Virus genome (UHGV): UHGV-0079174
DNA length: 12,456 nucleotides
Source of the DNA: a virus
Strand: one strand, 5' to 3'
A model generated the notes under the pieces. That model saw nothing but the letters and a program-made list of their open reading frames with translations. It was not told where the DNA came from and made no database searches. The translations under genes and the position numbers were made by a program. This document shows, piece by piece, positions 6,271 through 12,456 of this stretch (positions are counted from its first letter, which is position 1; the number at the start of each line of letters is the position of its first letter).

Positions 6271-6378
6271 CAGCTTTTAAAAAGCATACATGGCAAACGC
6301 TTTTAAGTCTCTTCTAAGTTCGTAGGCTGTCAGGTGTGCTTTTTAAAAACTGAATATTACTTAGAAGAGGAAAATGAA

Positions 6379-7086
6379 ATGGAAAATCTATATATTAGCG
6401 GTAGAAAGGTTGATAGCTTCGGTGACTGGTCGCCACAGACTGAACATCCAGCTATCACTATTCAGCGTAAAGAACACGATGAAAGAATTAAGCTTGAGCA
6501 ATCGTTAAAGATGTCACCAAAGGTAATTTCCTTTGTGTCTCCTGAGCCTCAAGAAATGCCAGATATCTGCAAAAGTGAAGCACTATTTAATCTTGAGCGT
6601 GAATATTACCCACAGTTAAAAGCACAGCGTATTAAACTTGATGACGCTTACAGCAAAGTTACCCTGATGCAATCAGCTATTGAGCCGTCAGAATTTGAGA
6701 TTCAGGATGAATTGTCACAGAAACCATTTGTCTATTACAAATATGAAGACAATGATGGTTTTGGTACTTTTCCTGAGAATATCCCAGACGTGATTAATAA
6801 TCTTTCTGACGGATATCGAATTGTGAAGATGGTTAAGGCATCAAGAGGTGCTGGTCAGTTTATTTACATGACTAATAAGAGCGATGAAGAACTCGCTGAA
6901 CTTGCTAGACAGAACATCTTGGCATCACGTAACAAGCAGCTTGATAGTGCTAAGTTGTATCTCTCAAGAGAGCTTCAGGCTATGAAAGAGCTTGTTAGTG
7001 AATATGAGTCGCAGAAGAAGGTTGCTATGCAGGCTGATATTGAGCAGCTTACGAAGATTTCTAGCAAATATGCAAAAGCTATTTGA
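6379..7086 (+). CDS. Hypothetical protein with C-terminal coiled-coil-like region
   Basis: In-frame ATG at 6379 preceded by GAGGAAAA (6367-6374); the track's GTG at 6334 has no ribosome-binding site. 235 aa from 6379. No recognisable domain. Confidence 0.55.
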   Translation: MENLYISGRKVDSFGDWSPQTEHPAITIQRKEHDERIKLEQSLKMSPKVISFVSPEPQEMPDICKSEALFNLEREYYPQLKAQRIKLDDAYSKVTLMQSAIEPSEFEIQDELSQKPFVYYKYEDNDGFGTFPENIPDVINNLSDGYRIVKMVKASRGAGQFIYMTNKSDEELAELARQNILASRNKQLDSAKLYLSRELQAMKELVSEYESQKKVAMQADIEQLTKISSKYAKAI

Positions 7087-7094
7087 GGTGATTA

Positions 7095-7403
7095 ATGAGT
7101 GATTTAACAGAACGCGATAAAAGAATTAAAGGGGTGATGGAACCTTTTGAAGATAGGTTCAATGAAATTAAAACGACTCTTGGTGATATTCAGGAGGTCA
7201 CTGAATATCTTATTGGTCGTATGGACGAAAAGCCTCTTGCCGAACTAAAGTTTGAGGGTCGAGATGATTTAACCTTCCTTATTAGAGACCTCAAGCGAGA
7301 TGTAGGACGGCTTGAATCTATCTTTGATAAAGCTGGTCTCTCAATACGTTACGAAATTGTAAAGAATGAACGCGGTGTAAAGTGCATTCACTTCTTGGAG
7401 TGA
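7095..7403 (+). CDS. Hypothetical small acidic protein
   Basis: 102-aa ORF. Extended Shine-Dalgarno GAGGTGAT (7085-7092) before ATG 7095. N-terminus MSDLTER. Confidence 0.55.
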   Translation: MSDLTERDKRIKGVMEPFEDRFNEIKTTLGDIQEVTEYLIGRMDEKPLAELKFEGRDDLTFLIRDLKRDVGRLESIFDKAGLSIRYEIVKNERGVKCIHFLE

Positions 7404-7425
7404 AAATTGAATTATGAGGTGATGA

Positions 7426-7632
7426 ATGATTGATTTAACAGAACGCTATGAACTCATCAGGGCAATTAGCGAACGATTGAAAGAACAACCCAACAAACCA
7501 AAACGAATCAAATCATCCACCTCTAAGCAAAATAACAGAATCAGAAGAATCGCTAAATGGTGTCTTGATAAATTACCAAGTGATTGTCAGATTGTCGGTG
7601 AAGATGGCAATTATTATCTTGTCAGACATTAA
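7426..7632 (+). CDS. Hypothetical small basic protein
   Basis: 68-aa ORF. GAGGTGAT (7416-7423) before ATG 7426. N-terminus MIDLTER. Its first ~37 bp are near-identical to the start region of the gene at 7095. Confidence 0.5.
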   Translation: MIDLTERYELIRAISERLKEQPNKPKRIKSSTSKQNNRIRRIAKWCLDKLPSDCQIVGEDGNYYLVRH

Positions 7633-7658
7633 AAAGAATTGGTTGGGTAAAAATCAAC

Positions 7659-7699
7659 GGGAGAGATTATCGAGTGACATCGGTAGCTCTCCCTTTTTT
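7659..7699 (+). terminator. Candidate intrinsic terminator
   Basis: Stem GGGAGAG (7659-7665) / CTCTCCC (7687-7693) followed by TTTTTT (7694-7699). The 21-nt loop is long for a canonical terminator. Confidence 0.4.
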
Positions 7700-7814
7700 G
7701 TATATGTGCTACGTGATGATTCGGATAAGAATTATCCTCATGAAATCTGTAAAGCTAATACCCACACTGAAAAATAGAATTTACGTACAACACGCTTAAA
7801 GAGGTGAAACATGA

Positions 7815-9863
7815 ATGAGCAAATTCACAGTTGATAGTTTTATCGTTGAACTAGGCTTCAATGAGAACGTTATTAAAGGTCTGCAAAAAGTTGAAAAGGC
7901 AGCTTTGCAGTCAGCACAAAGAATTGAACGTAATTTGAATAGAGCGTTTAAGGTCGATACCAAGCAACTTGACAGTAATTTAACGGCTTCTTTAAAGTCA
8001 ATGGAAGGGAAGATTAATAAGACCTTTGACCGTCTGGAAGCTAGAGCAAAAAATACTAAAGCTTTCCGTTTCACAAGTCAGGTTAATGACGCTATTAATC
8101 CTCCAAAACAACCAAGACAGCCACGAATTAGCGGAAACAGAGCAATCACAGCAGCTTATTCAGCTAATATGAGCAAGCTGAAAGGTCTTAACCCAATTGT
8201 CGAGAAATACATTAAGAGTCAGTTTTACGCATTAAGTAGTAAAGCTGGTCAGATGGATAACACCAAGTTTAATGAAGCCCTCGCTAAACTAAATTCAAGT
8301 GTACGAGAAGCAATTGCTAAAGCCAGAGGTCATACATCCACCAGCATTAACGGTGACAGAGCAGCTAGCAGTCTTGATAGTCTGTCTTCAGCAGCAGTTA
8401 AAACAGCAGGTGCATTTATCAGCTTTCAGGCTGTACTATCCGCTTATCAGCGAGTAATGGAAGTTGGCCTTCAACGTGCATCATCGGAAAGAAGTATTGA
8501 TTTCGTATTCGGTGACCAAAGTACACAGGTTAAAAAGTTCATTCAAGATTTAACTCAAATTACTGGTATGGACACAACCGAAACACAAGCACAATTTGCT
8601 TCATTTGGTGCATCTGCAACGACTACGATGGGTCTTGAAGGGTCAGAAGAGTTATTTAAAAACCTTACAGGTTATGCTCGTTTAATGGGTCGTTCAGATG
8701 AGCAGATTCAAAGAGCATTAACCGCAGTGTCACAGATGGCCTCTAAGGGTCAGGTGATGGCTGAGGAGTTGAAGGGGCAATTATCTGAAGCTTTGCCGGG
8801 TGCTACTCAGGCATTTGCAAAGGCTTTAGGTCTGACTGAAAAACAACTTTTCGATAAGATGAAAAATGGTGATGTTAAAGCCTCTGATGCACTTCCTAAG
8901 TTTGCTAAAGAACTTGGTGCACAGATTAATTCAAGAGGTGGCTGGAAAGCTATTCAGGACTCTACGCAGACAATGTTAGGGAACTTAAAGAATACCTGGA
9001 ATAACTCACTAACGGATATTTTCAGAGGTTCTGAAAATGGTCTGCAAGATTTTACACGAAGCCTAACAACGCTTTTAAACAGTTTAGGTGGAAGTGGTAA
9101 AAGTCTTGGTGAATCTCTTGGTAGCTTGATGACTGATATGTCGCATGGTGTGGATAGCCTGACCGATATCAGTTACAGAGTGAGAGCTTTCTTTGATGAG
9201 GTGACATTGGCTTACCGTGGTTTAACCGATGAGCAAAAGAAAGTAGTTGATGCTTTAGGTTCTGGCTTGATTAATAGTTTAAAAGTCTTGGCTGGTGTTA
9301 TTGCTGTAAATAAAGTTGTTGGTGTAACCAGAAGTATTTACGGGCTTATGACTGCTATCACAAGATTAGGTCAGGTCGCTGATACAACAGCGGATAACGT
9401 GAATAGAAAGAACGGGAAACCATCAAGGTTTAATCTTGGGAATATGCTATTAGCTGGTAGTGCTATCTATGCAGGTTATGAGAGATTAGCTTCTACGCCT
9501 GAACGAATGGAAGCACAAGCTAAATTACCAGAGCTGGCTAAAGAGTCTGGACTTAAGCCAGTATTTACTATGGACGATGTGAAAGGTTGGTTTAATAGTG
9601 CTGCTATGAATCTTGCTAACTTCCAGCATCCAGAATTAATCACCATGAGACAAGATGCGGCATTAACGAATACGGATATCCAAAGCCTGAGAGATGAAAT
9701 TAGTGCTTTGAGCAAACGTATTCAGGAGCCTGTGAAAGTTTCACTTGGTGGTGAAGTTGCCATTAAACCAGATGAAACCAGCTTTATGACCTTTAGCAGT
9801 AATATCTACGACCAATACGCAGAAGCTACGCTATTAAGTTCATCATTCCCAGAAGATGATTGA
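7815..9863 (+). CDS. Tape-measure-like protein (phage tail length tape-measure domain)
   Basis: 682-aa ORF, AAGAGGTGA before ATG 7815. Central segment KGQVMAEELKGQLSEALPGATQAFAKALGLTEKQLFDKMKNGDVKASDALPKFAKELGAQ matches the conserved tape-measure domain pattern from memory. A/S/G/L-rich helical composition with internal hydrophobic segments. Confidence 0.6.
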   Translation: MSKFTVDSFIVELGFNENVIKGLQKVEKAALQSAQRIERNLNRAFKVDTKQLDSNLTASLKSMEGKINKTFDRLEARAKNTKAFRFTSQVNDAINPPKQPRQPRISGNRAITAAYSANMSKLKGLNPIVEKYIKSQFYALSSKAGQMDNTKFNEALAKLNSSVREAIAKARGHTSTSINGDRAASSLDSLSSAAVKTAGAFISFQAVLSAYQRVMEVGLQRASSERSIDFVFGDQSTQVKKFIQDLTQITGMDTTETQAQFASFGASATTTMGLEGSEELFKNLTGYARLMGRSDEQIQRALTAVSQMASKGQVMAEELKGQLSEALPGATQAFAKALGLTEKQLFDKMKNGDVKASDALPKFAKELGAQINSRGGWKAIQDSTQTMLGNLKNTWNNSLTDIFRGSENGLQDFTRSLTTLLNSLGGSGKSLGESLGSLMTDMSHGVDSLTDISYRVRAFFDEVTLAYRGLTDEQKKVVDALGSGLINSLKVLAGVIAVNKVVGVTRSIYGLMTAITRLGQVADTTADNVNRKNGKPSRFNLGNMLLAGSAIYAGYERLASTPERMEAQAKLPELAKESGLKPVFTMDDVKGWFNSAAMNLANFQHPELITMRQDAALTNTDIQSLRDEISALSKRIQEPVKVSLGGEVAIKPDETSFMTFSSNIYDQYAEATLLSSSFPEDD

Positions 9864-9875
9864 TAATAGTCGAAT

Positions 9876-9930
9876 GCTACGTGAAATCTCCTGAACAGAT
9901 ATACCCACCAAAAATTATTTTTCACGTAGC
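9876..9930. promoter_or_regulatory. 11-bp perfect inverted repeat GCTACGTGAAA / TTTCACGTAGC separated by 33 bp
   Basis: Arms at 9876-9886 and 9920-9930, between the tape-measure-like gene and the next gene. TTTCACGTAG also occurs at 1413-1422. Confidence 0.35.
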
Positions 9931-10020
9931 TCACGCTTAACAGATAAAACACTTAAATATCAAAGGCTTGGTTAAAAATGATTAAAATACACTAAGTCTT
10001 TGAAATCAAAGGAGAATATA

Positions 10021-10794
10021 ATGATTTACACTAATCAACTTCGTTACAGTGGCAAAGATGGTATCTATTTCCACTTAAGAGATAATGTAGATGCCTTCTT
10101 AACCTTATCAGCAACTGAAAACATGGAATTTGACAGCCCTATGCAGGTGACTACACAGAACATGCAATCAGGGCAAACCGTAACAGATAACGTGCAAAGA
10201 GCACCCAGAACAATCACTATTAGTGGTGTCGTTGTAGTTGGCTATGAAGGAAGCTTATTATTAACTCGTCAGGGTCAATTAGTAGAAAATTTCATCGACA
10301 CTCTTGAAAGCTGGCGTGACCAGAAGCAGATTATTTCTGTCATCTGTCGAGACGGTATCAAAATTGATGATTCCATTATTACGAGTTTTAAAGCCTCTAA
10401 AGATGTTGGAATTTCAAATGGTCTAAGAATCCAGCTAACTTTTCAGGAAATTAACTTCAAAGCCATTGTGGGTCAGACTGATATCTCTGCTGCAACTGGA
10501 AAGACCGCTACCACAAATGATGGTGGTGCTACTTCTAAGAAAAATACGGGTAACACTACGACAAGTCTAGGTAATGGTATGTTGATGTGTCAGGAGCTAT
10601 ATAATCGCTCTACGAGTGAACTCACTAATGAGCAACTTCAAGCCCGTATCAATTGTGGTAGAAGTGTCAAAGTTGAGAACGGAAAAAGCACCTTCTCAGA
10701 TGCCGCTAATGAGCAAGCTTCGAAAGTGCTTAGTAATGCTGGTACAGGTAGTACTTTGAAGAAATTTTCTGTAAATCCTAACAAGCGATACTGA
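10021..10794 (+). CDS. Hypothetical protein, possibly tail-associated by position
   Basis: ATG at 10021 sits 6 nt after AAGGAG (10009-10014); the track's TTG at 10000 is less likely. 257 aa from 10021. C-terminal third is T/G/N/S-rich low complexity. Function is inferred only from lying immediately after the tape-measure-like gene. Confidence 0.5.
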   Translation: MIYTNQLRYSGKDGIYFHLRDNVDAFLTLSATENMEFDSPMQVTTQNMQSGQTVTDNVQRAPRTITISGVVVVGYEGSLLLTRQGQLVENFIDTLESWRDQKQIISVICRDGIKIDDSIITSFKASKDVGISNGLRIQLTFQEINFKAIVGQTDISAATGKTATTNDGGATSKKNTGNTTTSLGNGMLMCQELYNRSTSELTNEQLQARINCGRSVKVENGKSTFSDAANEQASKVLSNAGTGSTLKKFSVNPNKRY

Positions 10795-10808
10795 CGATAG
10801 AATCTCAA

Positions 10809-12332
10809 CTATATGATAACCTCATCAACATCTATTAAACCCCTCTCAGTGACTTCAGAAAGCGACTGTATAGCCTCTGTAACGTCCTCTGAGGGGTTTT
10901 CTGTTATTGATAGGTCAATTACCTTACCGTTGTGAAAACTTACTTTACAGCGACGTTTAGCAGTATTTAAAACGACCTCTTTAACAGCACTTTTGATTAT
11001 CAGTTGTGCTTCAATCCTTCCCGCCTTTGTAGTCAAGTCACAATCAGACAAACAACCAACATCAATAGATTTAAGGCGTTGTGTCTCCTTCTCGATATCC
11101 GCATCAACCTGTGATAGCTCACCTTTTAACTGCTTTAGTTTGATGGTAATAGCTGACAAATCTTCAATTTCAAGTGATAGCTGTACCAGCTTTTCAATAT
11201 TGCTTGAGATGTGTTCACGGTGTAGCTTCAGCGTATCTATGGTATTCGTCATATCGCTATCAAATCGGTCAAGACGAGATAGCAGGGTAAGTAATGTACC
11301 ATCAGTTTGCTTACGTGAAAGTCCTTTAGCACTACAACGGTTTTCATTACGAAGGGGACAACGATAAATCCCGCTTCTTGTATCGCTAAAGCCTGTGATA
11401 ATCAAAGCATGACCACATTCAGAACAACGGATAACACCTTTGAAAAGATTCACAGCCATTGGCTTATCTGAAGCAGGTTTTCTACCGTAACGAGAATATG
11501 ATAGTTGTTGAACTTTGTAGAATGTTGTTTCATCTATAATTGCAGGATAATAACCAGCTATCTCCTCACAGCCTTTAGGTGTGAAGTAACCAATTACAGA
11601 GCGATTTTTCAGAAGGTCTTGTACTGAGGTTTGACCAAATGAACCCGCTTTATATTGGTTAAGCGTCTGGTGACCTTCATCATTAAGAGTCCTGACAATC
11701 TCCCAGATAGACTTACCCTCTAACCGTAGCTGAAAGCACCTCTTCACAGTCTCCACTTTCTCAGGGATTACAGAGAAGCTTTTACGGTCATCATTAAGCT
11801 TAAGCCATGCAGGACAACGTTTAGAAATCTTGATACCTTCAGAGATGAGTTCTTTTTTACGGTTCCATGCAGCTTGTATACGCTCAGACTTCCTCAAACT
11901 CTCCTCATGCGACCGCTGCATTATCAGAATGCTTTTAATCAGAGCTAACGGGTCTTTAAGAGATTCTCGTGTGTAATGTTCACCATCGGACAAGGTGACC
12001 ACATCTACACCAGAGCGAAGAATGTTTCTGAGTAGCTCACTTGCTTGGTCTACATCTTGACGTGACAGACGGTCAAGAGATTCTATCAAGAGCGTATCAC
12101 CAGCTTTAACAAGCCCTTTCTCGATAGCGGTTAAAAAGTCACCTAAGCCACCTTTCAAGTGCTTACCAGTGAACCCACTCACCCCCAAATCACGGAAGGA
12201 TAAATCTTGGTCAAGGTAGTACTCAGGATGAGCCTTAAGCCAGTCATTAACCATCTTAGACTGTCTGCGTAGTGAGTCGCCTTTGGCTTGTCGCTCAGAA
12301 CTGAATCTGATGTAGCTGATTACACGTTTCAT
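10809..12332 (-). CDS. Large serine recombinase (probable integrase of the element)
   Basis: 507-aa ORF. N-terminal resolvase-type catalytic domain with YIRFSSERQ (nucleophile-serine motif, compare YIRVSTEEQ), a Cys-rich zinc-ribbon-like segment CSECGH...YRCPLRNENRC, and a C-terminal coiled-coil region. This is the domain order of phage-type large serine integrases. Confidence 0.85.
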   Translation of the reverse strand: MKRVISYIRFSSERQAKGDSLRRQSKMVNDWLKAHPEYYLDQDLSFRDLGVSGFTGKHLKGGLGDFLTAIEKGLVKAGDTLLIESLDRLSRQDVDQASELLRNILRSGVDVVTLSDGEHYTRESLKDPLALIKSILIMQRSHEESLRKSERIQAAWNRKKELISEGIKISKRCPAWLKLNDDRKSFSVIPEKVETVKRCFQLRLEGKSIWEIVRTLNDEGHQTLNQYKAGSFGQTSVQDLLKNRSVIGYFTPKGCEEIAGYYPAIIDETTFYKVQQLSYSRYGRKPASDKPMAVNLFKGVIRCSECGHALIITGFSDTRSGIYRCPLRNENRCSAKGLSRKQTDGTLLTLLSRLDRFDSDMTNTIDTLKLHREHISSNIEKLVQLSLEIEDLSAITIKLKQLKGELSQVDADIEKETQRLKSIDVGCLSDCDLTTKAGRIEAQLIIKSAVKEVVLNTAKRRCKVSFHNGKVIDLSITENPSEDVTEAIQSLSEVTERGLIDVDEVII

Positions 12333-12361
12333 TCTTTACCACCATAAAAACTAATAGCGCG

Positions 12362-12390
12362 ATTGTATCGCTTTAGGTGGTGTATTTAAA
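12362..12390 (-). promoter_or_regulatory. Candidate promoter for the recombinase gene
   Basis: On the minus strand: -35 TTTAAA (plus 12385-12390), 17-bp spacer, -10 TACAAT (plus 12362-12367). The -10 overlaps the palindrome GCGAT-TGT-ATCGC (12359-12371). Confidence 0.25.
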
Positions 12391-12456
12391 CGTGTCTGAT
12401 GAAAATCACCCGATTAACGCCGCGCTGATGTAAACCGCGATTAAGCGTTTGTTCCT

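Noticed and set aside
6334-6378. GTG start at 6334 for the 235-aa gene
   Set aside because: No ribosome-binding site before 6334, whereas the in-frame ATG at 6379 has GAGGAAAA at the right spacing. The longer form remains possible.
7565-7777. 70-aa plus-strand ORF overlapping the end of the 68-aa gene and the terminator
   Set aside because: It reads through the terminator hairpin and has no ribosome-binding site. I checked for a programmed frameshift from the 68-aa gene: the frame offset is +1, not -1, and no slippery heptamer sits in the right register.
7796-8074. 92-aa minus-strand ORF
   Set aside because: Antisense to the start of the tape-measure-like gene. Likely spurious.
9476-9715. 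79-aa minus-strand ORF
   Set aside because: Antisense inside the tape-measure-like gene. Likely spurious.
10993-11367. 124-aa plus-strand ORF
   Set aside because: Antisense inside the serine recombinase gene; Ser/Cys-rich low-complexity product. Likely spurious.

Overview
This 12.5 kb window looks like part of an integrated temperate-phage-like or satellite-like mobile element (AT-rich by eye, mostly one coding strand). All calls are from reading the sequence and the supplied ORF track; no database search was run. Supported features: a large serine recombinase at the right end (minus strand, 10809..12332), converging on a block of plus-strand genes; a 682-aa protein with a phage tape-measure-like domain (7815..9863); a phage Dam-family N6-adenine methyltransferase with a C-terminal helix-turn-helix extension (2635..3303); a membrane plus coiled-coil protein (188..1021); and two cassettes of small unknown genes, each behind a near-consensus sigma70-type promoter, and both promoters are followed by the same 12-mer. 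Two large regions have no ORF in the supplied track and are dense in short repeats and palindromes (1022..2634 and 3304..4161). The most likely places for an undescribed system are the two promoter-driven cassettes of unknown proteins (4241..5991 and 6379..7632) and the repeat-rich 1.6 kb non-coding region, but none of their products shows a recognisable catalytic motif by eye, so no function is claimed.
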